Positions 29,168 through 38,523 are shown, numbered from the stretch's first letter. The stretch is 64,000 nt of DNA from an uncultured Dialister sp. (GCA_934193095.1 CAKPUX010000002.1:17863-81862); one strand, 5' to 3'. Program-made: numbers and translations. Notes: generated from the sequence alone by a model not told the origin.

Positions 29168-29647
29168 AATAAAGCGACGTTTGTTAGATGAAGAAATTCC
29201 CGTATCGTCATCTCGAGCGAAGTCCAGGGATCTTTCTTGCGGGCTGGTTATATGGCACAGGCGAGACAGTGGTATAACGTAGCAACGAGGCGTCGTTACT
29301 GAGTCTATGCATACGTGCTGATTACCGCAGTGCAGTAGAGATCCCTCGGCTACGCTCGGGATGACGAAACGCTGATTCAATCTTGCAACGATTGAATCAG
29401 CGTTTCCTTAGGTGTCAGATATGTGAGATAAAGAAGAGCCCGTATCGTCATCTCGAGCGAAGTCGAGAGATCTTTCTTGCAGGACGGTATACGGCACATG
29501 CGAGACGGTGGTATAACGCAGCAACAAGGCATTGCTGCTGTGTCTATGCATACGTGCCGATTACCGCAGTGCAGTAGAGATCCCTCGGCTACGCTCGGGA
29601 TGACGATACGCTGATTCAATCTTGCAACGATTGAATCAGTGTTTCCT
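29168..29647. repeat. Tandem duplication (2 x 240 bp) of a long palindromic element
   Basis: cccgtatcgtcatctcgagcgaagtc occurs at 29199 and 29439, giving a 240-bp period. Each unit has arms cgtatcgtcatctcgagcgaagtc.ag.gatct / agagatccctcggctacgctcgggatgacga.acg and ends in the hairpin gctgattcaatcttgcaacgattgaatcag.gtttcc. Confidence 0.85.
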
Positions 29648-29743
29648 TAGAAATGAGAAATGGCGATACGCTATCTCATGAATCTCAATAGAAAAGCGCG
29701 AAAATCTTTGCTGGATTGTCGCGCTTTTGTGTTTGATGAAATA

Positions 29744-30634
29744 CTATTTCACTGGATTTCTGAGTGTCCCGATGGGGTCGATATTGATTTCTACCACATC
29801 GCCTTTATGAAGGAATTTCGGCGGGTTGAAGCCCATGCCTACGCCCTGCGGGGTGCCGGTGGCGATGACGTCGCCCGGGAGGAGGGTCATGCCGTCGGAG
29901 AGGGTCGCGATGAGTTTCGGAATGGAGAAGATGAGGTCGGTGGTGGTGCCTTCCTGACGGAGGCTGCCATTGACTTTCGTGTAGATGGTGAAGGGGAGCG
30001 GCCAGTCGCCGACCATGACGGTCGGGCCCATCGGGCAGAAGGTGTCGAGGCTCTTGCCGCGGAACCACTGGAGGTGTTTTTTCTGCAGGTCTCTGGCGGT
30101 GACGTCATTGATGATGGTGTAGCCATAGACGTACTTCATCGCATCTTCTTCTGCGATGTTCGCGCCTCGTTTGCCGATGATGACGCCGAGCTCGCCTTCG
30201 TAGTCGACTTCTTTTGTGACGGAAGGATGGCTGTCGATTTCTTCATCCGGCCCGATGATGGAGGTGGTGGCTTTGGTGAAGAAAATCGGATCCTCCGGGT
30301 TCTTGGCATTGGCGTTCTGGTCAAATTCTTTGACGTGGGCCTGATAGTTCTTGCCTACGCAGAGGACGTTTCTTCTGGGATAGAAGGGGGCTTCGAGGCG
30401 AACGTCTGCGAGCAGGATCGGAGTGACGGCTTTGTCCTTGCCGTTCATCTCGAGCGCGTGAGCGAGGTTCAGGAGGCCTTCTTCACCGCTTTCGATGAAA
30501 TCGCCCAGTGTCTCAGCGAGGGGGATGAAGTAGGTTTCTTCGAGATCAATGGCGGGGTAGATGGAAGTGCCGTCAGCGGACAGGACGCCCCACTGGCGTT
30601 CGCCTTTGTAGTTGTAGGATACAAGTCTCTGCAT
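29744..30634 (-). CDS. Fumarylacetoacetate hydrolase (FAH) family protein
   Basis: 296 aa with RBS aagaaagaagg. Typical FAH-family C-terminal half (..YEGELGVIIGK.., ..DVTARDLQ.., ..GDVIATGTPQGVG..). The opposite-strand ORF 29660..30655 has no recognisable features. Confidence 0.85.
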   Translation of the reverse strand: MQRLVSYNYKGERQWGVLSADGTSIYPAIDLEETYFIPLAETLGDFIESGEEGLLNLAHALEMNGKDKAVTPILLADVRLEAPFYPRRNVLCVGKNYQAHVKEFDQNANAKNPEDPIFFTKATTSIIGPDEEIDSHPSVTKEVDYEGELGVIIGKRGANIAEEDAMKYVYGYTIINDVTARDLQKKHLQWFRGKSLDTFCPMGPTVMVGDWPLPFTIYTKVNGSLRQEGTTTDLIFSIPKLIATLSDGMTLLPGDVIATGTPQGVGMGFNPPKFLHKGDVVEINIDPIGTLRNPVK

Positions 30635-30654
30635 AATAGACCTTCTTTCTTATA

Positions 30655-31135
30655 ATATAGAGTGTGGACATATTATAGCATAAATACAGGAAATATGGTT
30701 GATTGGTTCATGGCCTGGATAGCGGGGGATAACAGGTTCAAGTGGTTCAACGGGTTCGATGGGTTCAAAAGGTTCAATGGGGGTGGTGCGGCGCGAAGCG
30801 CCGCGGAGTATAGATAGTGGCGATGCCCGAAGGTTTCTTGATAGCAGGTTTCCCGCTTGGGGTTTCCTGACATTGACCGTCTTACCGCGAATGACAAAGA
30901 TCCCTCGACTTCGCTCGGGATGACGAAACGAGGGCACGGCTATGCCCACGTCCTTCGGGCATCGCCTTATTTATACTTCGCGGCGCTTCTATATTCTTAT
31001 GCGCCGCACCAGCCCCCGTTGAACCCTCTGAACCTGTTGAACCCGCCGAACCTCTTTTGCCCGCAATCAAAGGACGGCACGCCCGCGGGGCTAACCCCGA
31101 ACCCCGAACCCTGAACCCGCCAACCTGAACCTTTC
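30655..31135. repeat. Mosaic intergenic repeat block
   Basis: Contains module gcggcgc..gcgccgcac, module ttgaaccc.ctgaacc.., module caatcaaagg.cg.cacgccc...gggctaaccc.gaaccc, module gatccctcga/gcttcgctcgggatgacgaaacg, and atgcccgaagg / ccttcgggcatcgcc. All recur at other loci listed below. Confidence 0.8.
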
Positions 31136-31159
31136 CCTCAAACTTTCTCTATTTCTCCC

Positions 31160-31188
31160 TTGCATTCTGCTATCCCGTTTGTTATAAT
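31160..31188 (+). promoter_or_regulatory. Sigma-70-type promoter for rpmE2
   Basis: TTGCAT (31160-31165), 17-nt spacer, TATAAT (31183-31188). Confidence 0.7.
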
Positions 31189-31228
31189 AGCAAAGAATTA
31201 TCTATGTAGTTGAAATGAGGTGCAACAA

Positions 31229-31480
31229 TTGAAGAAGGGACTTCATCCGGATTATCATCCAGTCGTTTTCCGCGACATCGGTGCTGACTACTCTTTCCTG
31301 ACCCGTTCTACAGCAACTTCCAATCAGACTGTAAAATGGGAAGATGGCAATGAATACCCGCTGATCAATATCGATATCAGCAGCAAATCCCATCCATTCT
31401 ATACAGGACAGCAGCGTTTCGGTAAGGCTCGTGGCCGTATCGAAAAGTTCAACAAACGTTATGGCAAATCCGCAGAATAA
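31229..31480 (+). CDS. rpmE2: 50S ribosomal protein L31, type B (Cys-less paralogue type)
   Basis: [16 protein letters not shown]....FLTRST...W.DGNEYP....[11 protein letters not shown] with no CxxC motifs. The likely start is TTG 31229, 6-7 nt after GAGGTG. The track start GTG 31220 overlaps the RBS. Confidence 0.88.
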   Translation: MKKGLHPDYHPVVFRDIGADYSFLTRSTATSNQTVKWEDGNEYPLINIDISSKSHPFYTGQQRFGKARGRIEKFNKRYGKSAE

Positions 31481-31483
31481 GGA

Positions 31484-31507
31484 ACAGGGCGCAAGCCCTG
31501 TTTTTTA
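31484..31507 (+). terminator. Rho-independent terminator
   Basis: acagggc gcaa gccctgt followed by TTTTTT. Confidence 0.8.
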
Positions 31508-31975
31508 TTGCCTTTTTTTGATATACTAGGAAAGATGGATTATAGGGTTCAGCGGGTTCTATAGGTTTTACGGGTTCGAAGGGGTTGGGGCGGCGCAGAA
31601 AAATAGAAGCGCCGCATATTAGAAGGTCAGATGTCTGACTGCGCTCTTCTCGTATCGTCATCCCGAGCGTAGCCGAGGGATCTCTACGGCACTGCGGGAA
31701 TCAGCGTGTATGCGCTGAGGGGAAACGATGTCTTGGCGCTGTCTCACATCAGGCGATGAGCGTTCTGCGATAAAGATTTCTCGGCTACGCCCCTCTGACA
31801 ACGGCGCGAAGCGCTATCAAAACTCCGCGGCGCTTTTGATTTTTATGCGCCGCACCACCCCCGTTGAACCTCTTGAACCTCTTGAACCCGCTGAACCTCT
31901 TTCGCACGCAATCAAAGGGCGATACGCCCCATGGGCTAACCCTGAACCCATTTTCTACCTATCATTTCACAGGAG
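31508..31975. repeat. Mosaic intergenic repeat block
   Basis: Uses the same modules as 30655-31135, some in inverted order. The block runs to within about 10 nt of the prfA RBS. Confidence 0.8.
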
Positions 31976-31983
31976 TAACCAAT

Positions 31984-33066
31984 ATGCAGATCAGCAAATT
32001 AGACGGTATGGAAGCCAGATATATGGCGCTGGAAGATCAGCTGAGCGATCCTTCGGTGATCGCCGATCAGAACCGCTGGAGAGAGCTCTCGAAGGAGCAT
32101 GCGGAGCTGGGAGAGATCGTTTTCAAGTATAGAGAATATAAGGAGGCGCTCAAGGGGATCCAGGATGCACTGGAACTTCTGGACGATAAGTCGCAGGCCG
32201 ATCTCCATGAGCTGGCGAAGGAAGAGCTGAAGGAAAATGAAGAGAAGCGGGATGCGCTGGATCTGGAAATCCATAAGATGCTGATCCCGAAGGATCCGAA
32301 TGACGGGAAGAATGTCATCCTGGAAATCCGCGCGGGTACGGGCGGCGAGGAGGCGGCGCTCTTTGCATCGGATCTTCTCAAAATGTACCTGAAATTTGCA
32401 GAGCGCAAGGGCTGGAAGGCAGAGATCGCGGATGCGAATGAGACGGATCTTGGTGGGTTCAAGGAAGTCACCTGCACCATCGAAGGGAAGAATGCGTATT
32501 CGATCCTGAAATTCGAGAGCGGCGTACACCGCGTGCAGCGTATCCCTGAAACGGAGAGCCAAGGGCGTGTGCATACGTCGGCGGTCACGGTGGCTGTCCT
32601 TCCGGAGGCGGAGGATGTAGATATCGAGGTGCGCCGCGAAGACCTGCGTATCGATGTATATCGTTCTTCCGGTGCGGGCGGTCAGCACATCAATAAGACG
32701 TCTTCGGCGATCCGACTGACGCATCTTCCTACGGGCATGGTGGTCACTTGTCAGAATGAACGAAGCCAGCGTCAGAACAAAGAGAAGGCGCTGCAGATCC
32801 TGAAGTCTCGTCTCTATGACCAGGCGATGCGGGAGTCGCAGAGCAAGGAAGCGGCGGACCGCAAGAATCAGGTCGGCAGCGGCGACCGTTCGGAGCGTAT
32901 CAGGACGTACAATTTCCCGCAGGGCCGCGTGACAGATCACCGCATCAATATGAGTATTTACCAGCTCGATGATTTCATGAATGGGAACATGGACGCGATC
33001 CTTGACCGGCTGATGGAAGAGGATCTGGCGCGCCGCATGAAAGAAGGGGAAGCGAATGGCCGCTAA
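31984..33066 (+). CDS. prfA: Peptide chain release factor 1
   Basis: MQISKLDGMEARYMALEDQL.. with RBS caggag, GGQ motif (SSGAGGQHINKT) and RF1-type PxT tripeptide (PET). The upstream part of the track ORF (31864-31983) is repeat sequence. Confidence 0.93.
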   Translation: MQISKLDGMEARYMALEDQLSDPSVIADQNRWRELSKEHAELGEIVFKYREYKEALKGIQDALELLDDKSQADLHELAKEELKENEEKRDALDLEIHKMLIPKDPNDGKNVILEIRAGTGGEEAALFASDLLKMYLKFAERKGWKAEIADANETDLGGFKEVTCTIEGKNAYSILKFESGVHRVQRIPETESQGRVHTSAVTVAVLPEAEDVDIEVRREDLRIDVYRSSGAGGQHINKTSSAIRLTHLPTGMVVTCQNERSQRQNKEKALQILKSRLYDQAMRESQSKEAADRKNQVGSGDRSERIRTYNFPQGRVTDHRINMSIYQLDDFMNGNMDAILDRLMEEDLARRMKEGEANGR

Positions 33067-33934
33067 TACGCTCTGGACGATCCAGCGCCTGCTCGCATGG
33101 ACGACGCAGTATTTCCAAAATCACGAGATCGAGACGCCGCGTCTGGACGCAGAGCTCTTGCTTGCGAAGGTTCTTCACAAGCAGCGGATCTTCCTCTATA
33201 CGGATTTCGAAGAAATCGTGAATCCGGAGGAACTCGCACTTTTCAAGTCTTTCATACAAAAGCGTGTGAAGGGAATTTCCACGGCGGCTATCATTGGTGA
33301 GAAAGAATTCATGGGGCTCACATTTCATGTGAATGAGGATGTCCTGATTCCTCGCCCGGACACAGAGACATGGCTGGAAAAGGTCATCCAATACCATAGA
33401 AATGACGGCGCGATCGAGGTCGCGGACCTCGGGACAGGGAGCGGGGCGATCCTCCTCTCCTTCCTGTATTATTGCAAGGAAGCGAAGGGGGTCGGCATCG
33501 ATATTTCTGAAAAAGCCCTCGCTGTCGCGAAAGAAAATGGGAAAGAGCTTGCGATGGATGAGCGCGCGGCGTGGCTTGTCGGAGACTATATCGATGCGCT
33601 GCCGGAAGATACCCTCTATGACGGCATCCTTTCGAATCCTCCCTACATCCCGAGCGCCGACATCGCCCATCTTCAGGAGGAAGTGAAGCATGAGCCGATG
33701 CTCGCGCTCGATGGGGGAGAGGATGGTCTCGTCTTCTACCGCCGGCTGGCGGAAAAGGCGGCGGGCCACTTGAAAGAGGGCGGTTTCCTCGCCGTCGAAT
33801 TCGGCATCCACCAGTGGGAAGACATTCTTTCGCTTTTGAAGGAAACGGGCGAGTTCGAAGATTTCGAAGTCATCAAAGACTACGGTGATATCGAGCGCGC
33901 GATCTATTGCAGAAAGAAGAAGCAGCATGACTGA
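33056..33934 (+). CDS. prmC: Release-factor glutamine N5-methyltransferase
   Basis: Overlaps the prfA stop by 11 nt. AdoMet motif DLGTGSGAI and catalytic NPPY. Confidence 0.9.
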   Translation: MAANTLWTIQRLLAWTTQYFQNHEIETPRLDAELLLAKVLHKQRIFLYTDFEEIVNPEELALFKSFIQKRVKGISTAAIIGEKEFMGLTFHVNEDVLIPRPDTETWLEKVIQYHRNDGAIEVADLGTGSGAILLSFLYYCKEAKGVGIDISEKALAVAKENGKELAMDERAAWLVGDYIDALPEDTLYDGILSNPPYIPSADIAHLQEEVKHEPMLALDGGEDGLVFYRRLAEKAAGHLKEGGFLAVEFGIHQWEDILSLLKETGEFEDFEVIKDYGDIERAIYCRKKKQHD

Positions 33935-34961
33935 AAAAGTAGAAGTCAACGACATATATTATAAGGATAAAGTAAAGGAGCTCGGCCGCATCATTCGTGA
34001 GGGCGGCCTTGTGGCTTTTCCAACGGAGACGGTCTATGGTCTGGGAGGAAATGCGCTCGATGCGAGTGCGGCGAAAAAGATCTACGCTGCGAAGGGCCGC
34101 CCCTCGGATAATCCGCTCATCGTCCATGTGGCGGATCCCTCCGAAGTGGAGAAGTACGCAGCCGAGGTCAGTCCGCTCGCAAGGCGGCTGATGGATACCT
34201 TCTGGCCGGGGCCTTTGACCATTGTTTTCCCGAAGAAGGATTGCATCCCGATGGAGACATCCGGGGGACTTTCCACCATCGCCATCCGCTGCCCAAGGAG
34301 TGAGGCGACACGCGCTCTCATCCGTGCAGCCGGCGTCCCCATCGCAGGTCCCAGCGCGAATATTTCCACCCGCCCGAGCCCGACAACCGCAGACGATGTG
34401 CTGCATGATATGGATGGACGCATCGCAGCCGTCATCGACGGCGGCTCCTGCCAGATCGGCCTCGAGTCCACCGTGGTGGGCATCGAAGGAGATGAGATCG
34501 TCATCTACCGCCCCGGCGGCACGACGAAGGAAGCGCTCTCTGCCATCGCACCGACCACGGTCGACAGCGCACTTGCCAAAGACGGTGCGCATCCGAAGGC
34601 ACCCGGCATGAAGTACCGCCACTATGCGCCTTCCGCGCCGCTCACCGTGTACACGGGAGAGGCGGACAAAGTGGTAGAGGAAATCCTCTCCTTTGCGGCA
34701 AAGACGGACAAGAAGTATGGTTTCTTCGTCAGCGAAGAAACCGCGCAACTTCTCCCGAAGGGACTTCCGCTCTTCGTCTGGGGACAGCGGACGGATAAAG
34801 AGAGCTTCGCGCACAATCTCTTCTCCGGCCTTCTCTATTTTAACAGCCATCCCGTCGATGCCATCATCGGCGAAGGCACGGATACCGCGGGCCTTGGCCT
34901 CGCGATCATGAACCGCCTCACCAAGGCGTCGGGGTATCATATAGTGGTGGAGAAGCGATAG
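33927..34961 (+). CDS. tsaC: L-threonylcarbamoyladenylate synthase (Sua5/YwlC long form)
   Basis: MTEKVEV... with FPTETVYGLGGNA, SANISTRPSPT and a C-terminal Sua5 domain. The start at 33927 overlaps the prmC stop by 8 nt. Confidence 0.88.
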   Translation: MTEKVEVNDIYYKDKVKELGRIIREGGLVAFPTETVYGLGGNALDASAAKKIYAAKGRPSDNPLIVHVADPSEVEKYAAEVSPLARRLMDTFWPGPLTIVFPKKDCIPMETSGGLSTIAIRCPRSEATRALIRAAGVPIAGPSANISTRPSPTTADDVLHDMDGRIAAVIDGGSCQIGLESTVVGIEGDEIVIYRPGGTTKEALSAIAPTTVDSALAKDGAHPKAPGMKYRHYAPSAPLTVYTGEADKVVEEILSFAAKTDKKYGFFVSEETAQLLPKGLPLFVWGQRTDKESFAHNLFSGLLYFNSHPVDAIIGEGTDTAGLGLAIMNRLTKASGYHIVVEKR

Positions 34962-35300
34962 GGGCTGACGGGTTCTGAGGGTTCAAAAGGTTCACAGGTT
35001 TTCCATCTTTCATGAATACCACATGTCTTAAAACTCCGCGGCGCTCGGGTACTGCCGTACATCGCCTGCTTGAGACGCTCTTTCCCGCTCTTTTTCATAC
35101 CGCCTGTGCCCTATCCGCCCCTTCGGGGCACCTTCCCCTCGAGGGGAAGGCTGACGATACGAGAGTACCGCTCATCTAAAATTCGCGGCGCTTCCATATT
35201 TTTATGCGCCGCACCTTCCCCATTGAACCCGTAGAACCTGCAGAACCCTCCGAACCTCTTTCGCCCGCAATCAAAGGATGGCACGTCCCCTGGGCTCAAC
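34962..35300. repeat. Mosaic intergenic repeat block (lies between the tsaC stop and its terminator)
   Basis: Modules gggttctgagggttcaaaaggttcac, cgcggcgcttccatatttttatgcgccgcac, ttgaacccgtagaacc.., and caatcaaaggatggcacgtcccctgggctcaacc. Confidence 0.8.
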
Positions 35301-35328
35301 CTGAAATCTCAAACCATTTCCCTAAAAG

Positions 35329-35363
35329 GAACAGCTCGCCAGCTGGCGGGCTGTTCCTTTTTA
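35329..35363 (+). terminator. Rho-independent terminator
   Basis: gaacagctcgcc / ggcgggctgttc stem followed by CTTTTT. Confidence 0.75.
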
Positions 35364-35424
35364 CGCGGCGCTGTTGTATACTGAAGTGGTACAGTAATCC
35401 TATTTTCCAAGGAGGGCAAAGAGA

Positions 35425-35868
35425 ATGAAAATTGCTATGGCCAGTGATCACGGTGGGTTTGCGCTCAAGGCTTCTCTTATGAAGCATCTGGACGAAGAGA
35501 AGATCGAATACATAGATTGCGGGACGTACTCAGAAGAGTCCTGCGACTACCCGGACTTTGCAGAGAAAGCGTGCAAGCTGGTGCAGCAGGGCGAGGCGAC
35601 GTATGCGATCCTTGTCTGCGGGACGGGCATCGGCATGTGCATTGCCGCGAACAAGATGAAGGGCATCCGTGCGGCGCTCTGCGGAGATACGTTCTCCGCG
35701 CATTTCACCCGCGCGCACAATGATGCGAATGTCATGACGCTGGGGGCGCGTGTCGTCGGACCGGGGCTTGCGGAATTCATCATGGACGAATTTTTAAAGA
35801 CTCCGTTCGAAGGTGGCCGCCATGCCAGAAGAATTGCAAAGATTGCTGCGATCGAAGAGGTGCAATAG
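35425..35868 (+). CDS. rpiB: Ribose-5-phosphate isomerase B
   Basis: MKIAMASDHGGFALK, CGTGIGMCIAANK and RBS aaggaggg. A possible extended -10 TGtTATACT lies at 35374-35382. Confidence 0.92.
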   Translation: MKIAMASDHGGFALKASLMKHLDEEKIEYIDCGTYSEESCDYPDFAEKACKLVQQGEATYAILVCGTGIGMCIAANKMKGIRAALCGDTFSAHFTRAHNDANVMTLGARVVGPGLAEFIMDEFLKTPFEGGRHARRIAKIAAIEEVQ

Positions 35869-36416
35869 TGTTTGAAGACTTACAGGAACAGGCAGTAAAA
35901 GCTTTCCATGAGCTTTGCGAAATTTCTCATTTCAGAAAAGGGAGCCTCATCGTCATCGGTGGCTCGTCGAGCGAGATCCGCGGCGGACACATCGGCAAAG
36001 ACAGCTCCTATGAAGTCGGCACGGCTGTCGTGACGGCTTTGATGGAAGCTGCAGAGAAAGAGGGACTTGCTCTGGCTTTCCAGTGCTGCGAGCATCTGAA
36101 TCGGGCGCTCATCATGGAGCGCAGCGAAGCAGAGAAGCGCGGCTATGAGGAAGTGACGGTCGTCCCCTGGCTGCATGCCGGCGGCGCCTTCTCGACGAAT
36201 GCTTTCTATCATTTCAATGACCCGGTCGCCGTGATGGAGATCAAGGCTGACGGGGGACTCGATATCGGGCTTACGATGATCGGGATGCACTTGAAGCGCG
36301 TGGCTGTCCCTGTCCGTCTGGCGAATAACCATATCGGGGCAGCCCTTGTGGCAGCTGCCCGCACCCGCCCGCTGCTCATTGGCGGAGAGAGAGCGCACTA
36401 TGTGAGGGAAGACTGA
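35868..36416 (+). CDS. UPF0340 / YwlG-family protein (TIGR01440-like)
   Basis: The GTG start overlaps the rpiB stop. GSLIVIGGSSSEI..G and synteny rpiB-ywlG-glyA as in Bacillus. Confidence 0.75.
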   Translation: MFEDLQEQAVKAFHELCEISHFRKGSLIVIGGSSSEIRGGHIGKDSSYEVGTAVVTALMEAAEKEGLALAFQCCEHLNRALIMERSEAEKRGYEEVTVVPWLHAGGAFSTNAFYHFNDPVAVMEIKADGGLDIGLTMIGMHLKRVAVPVRLANNHIGAALVAAARTRPLLIGGERAHYVRED

Positions 36417-36419
36417 AGA

Positions 36420-36660
36420 TTGAAAGCAGGGATTAGGGATTAGTGGCTAGGGATTAGGAGCCTCGAGTGACTGGTGACTGGTGACTTACATGCCATCTTC
36501 GGGCATCGTCCTATTTATACTCAGCGGCGCTTCCATATTTTTGTGCGCCGCACCACCACTCCTCACTCCTCACTCCTCACTCCTAACTAGAGAGCGCGAA
36601 TCTTTCGTACGCAATCCATGGGCGCCCCGCCCACGGGCTAGCCCTGAACCTTGAACCCTA
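36420..36660. repeat. Mosaic repeat block with 7-mer word arrays
   Basis: gggatta x3, gtgactg x3, cactcct x4 (36557-36584), cagcggcgcttccatatttttgtgcgccgcac, and caatccatgggcgccccgcccacgggctagccctgaacc. Confidence 0.8.
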
Positions 36661-36666
36661 TTTCCT

Positions 36667-36695
36667 CTTTACTTCTTCCTTATTTGTGCTATACT
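36667..36695 (+). promoter_or_regulatory. Candidate extended -10 promoter for the glyA leader
   Basis: TGcTATACT (36687-36695) with a TTTACT-like -35. It would give a leader of about 340 nt. Confidence 0.4.
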
Positions 36696-37043
36696 ATCCT
36701 TGTGAGTGATTTCACGAATAGCATACCTGCTCAACGGAAGGGCTTGGCCATGTATCCTGAAGGGTACACGCTAAGCTCTTTTTCTATATCAAGTATGCAT
36801 ATTTCAAACCCAAAGATGCATTCGTGTGCGCCTCATGATACAATAAATCAAATGTATGCAGGAACCGAAAATGAGTGACTGGGGGATATTTGGGTCAGAG
36901 AGTGCTGCTTTAGAGAGCGGTGCTTGGTGAAATGGTGCGATGCGCCGATATTTCTCCACTCTCATTGATGAAAGTTTTGCATCATGGGGTGTATGAATCG
37001 ATCCATTCGATTTCACTTTGAAAAATGAAGGGAGTTCATTTCA

Positions 37044-38282
37044 ATGAAACACTTAAAAGAAGACAAAGCGGTTTATGAAGCCATTCAGAAAGAGTTGAAC
37101 CGTCAGAGAAACAAGCTGGAAATGATCGCATCTGAAAATATCGTCAGCTATGCTGTCATGGAAGCACAGGGCAGCGTCCTCACAAACAAATATGCAGAAG
37201 GCTACCCGGGCAAGAGATATTACGGCGGCTGTGAATATGTCGATGTCGTCGAACAGCTGGCGATCGATCGTGCGAAGGAGCTCTTCGGTGCGGAACATGT
37301 GAATGTACAGCCGCATTCCGGCTCGCAGGCGAACTTCGCTGTCTACTACGGTCTCTTAAAACCGGGCGACACCATGATGGGCATGAACCTCACGGATGGC
37401 GGTCATCTGTCGCACGGCAGCCCGGTCAATATTTCCGGCAATTATTTCAATGTCGTTCCTTACGGCGTCAGAAAAGAAGATGAACTTCTGGACTATGAAG
37501 CCATGGAAAAGACCGCGAAGGAAGTCCAGCCGAAGCTCATCATCGGCGGCACCAGTGCATACTCCCGCATCATCGACTTCGAACGCATTGCAGCGATCGC
37601 CCATGAAGTCGGCGCACTCTTCATGGTCGATATGGCACACTTCGCCGGCCTTGTCGCAGGCGGTGAATATCCGAGCCCGGTGCCGTGGGCAGATATCGTG
37701 ACCACCACCACCCACAAGACTCTTCGCGGACCGCGCGGCGGCATCATCATGTGCAAGGAACAGTATGGCAAAGCCATCGATAAAGCGGTATTCCCGGGCA
37801 TGCAGGGCGGTCCTCTCATGCATGTCATCGCAGCAAAGGCTGTTGCTTTCGGCGAAGATCTCTGCGATGATTTCAAGCAGTATGCGAAACAGATCAAAAA
37901 GAATGAAAAGGTCCTCTCTGATGAGCTGCAGAAGAATGGCATCCGCGTCGTTTCCGGCGGCACCGATACCCATGTTCTCCTCGCTGATATGAAAGCGATC
38001 GGCATCACAGGTAAGGTCGCACAGACAGTTCTCGATGAGATCGGTATCACCGCAAACAGAAACACCATTCCGTTCGAGACACTCTCTCCATTCGTCACGA
38101 GCGGCATTCGTCTCGGCTCCCCGGCTCTGACCACCAGAGGATTCAAGGAAGATGACTTCAAGGAAGTCGCAGACATCATCTCGACAGTCGTCAAGAATCC
38201 GGAGGATGCGGCAGTCAAGGCGGACTGCGCAAAGCGTGTCCATGCTCTCTGCGTGAAGTACCCGCTCTACGAAGATCTGTAA
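37044..38282 (+). CDS. glyA: Serine hydroxymethyltransferase
   Basis: 412 aa with RBS gaagggag and PLP-lysine motif [14 protein letters not shown]. Confidence 0.95.
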   Translation: MKHLKEDKAVYEAIQKELNRQRNKLEMIASENIVSYAVMEAQGSVLTNKYAEGYPGKRYYGGCEYVDVVEQLAIDRAKELFGAEHVNVQPHSGSQANFAVYYGLLKPGDTMMGMNLTDGGHLSHGSPVNISGNYFNVVPYGVRKEDELLDYEAMEKTAKEVQPKLIIGGTSAYSRIIDFERIAAIAHEVGALFMVDMAHFAGLVAGGEYPSPVPWADIVTTTTHKTLRGPRGGIIMCKEQYGKAIDKAVFPGMQGGPLMHVIAAKAVAFGEDLCDDFKQYAKQIKKNEKVLSDELQKNGIRVVSGGTDTHVLLADMKAIGITGKVAQTVLDEIGITANRNTIPFETLSPFVTSGIRLGSPALTTRGFKEDDFKEVADIISTVVKNPEDAAVKADCAKRVHALCVKYPLYEDL

Positions 38283-38297
38283 TGAATACATCAAATA

Positions 38298-38326
38298 AAA
38301 GCCAGTCCGCATGGGCCGGCTTTTAT
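38298..38326 (+). terminator. Rho-independent terminator
   Basis: aaagccagtccgcatgggccggcttttatt. Confidence 0.65.
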
Positions 38327-38523
38327 TGTTTTTGTAAATGAATATTTTTTCGTTTTTGAGGCAATGTGACATCCCTTGATTCAGCGTAAGTCCTTTTTCA
38401 TAAGTACAGAAGCAGGCGGAAGGGGAAACTTTGGTGGGATACGGATGCGGTAGGGTCACTCACGGCATACTAAAAAAGCCGTCTTTGTCAGGTGCTGCTC
38501 CGCATTGCGGATAAACTTTCCCC

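Noticed and set aside
29123-29619. Two minus-strand ORFs encoding MNQR[FI]VIPSVAEGSLLHCGN.., which look like paralogous small proteins.
   Set aside because: They are translations of the 240-bp tandem palindromic repeat. The same peptide-like words arise wherever the repeat module occurs, in either orientation.
29660-30655. 331-aa plus-strand ORF overlapping the FAH gene.
   Set aside because: The minus-strand product has clear FAH-family motifs and an RBS. The plus-strand translation is Gly/Asp/Val-rich with no recognisable features.
30650-32132. ORFs in the repeat blocks (30650..30949, 30857..31114, 31728..32132) and the N-terminal extension of the prfA track ORF (31864-31983).
   Set aside because: They consist of PLNLLNP/EPVEP-type translations of the ttgaacc/ctgaacc word repeats. 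prfA has a proper RBS and a canonical N-terminus at 31984.
36420-36590. Short tandem word arrays (also 57713-57860 and 58975-59160) considered as CRISPR arrays.
   Set aside because: The units are 7-8 bp with no spacers of unique sequence, and there are no cas genes. They are not CRISPR.
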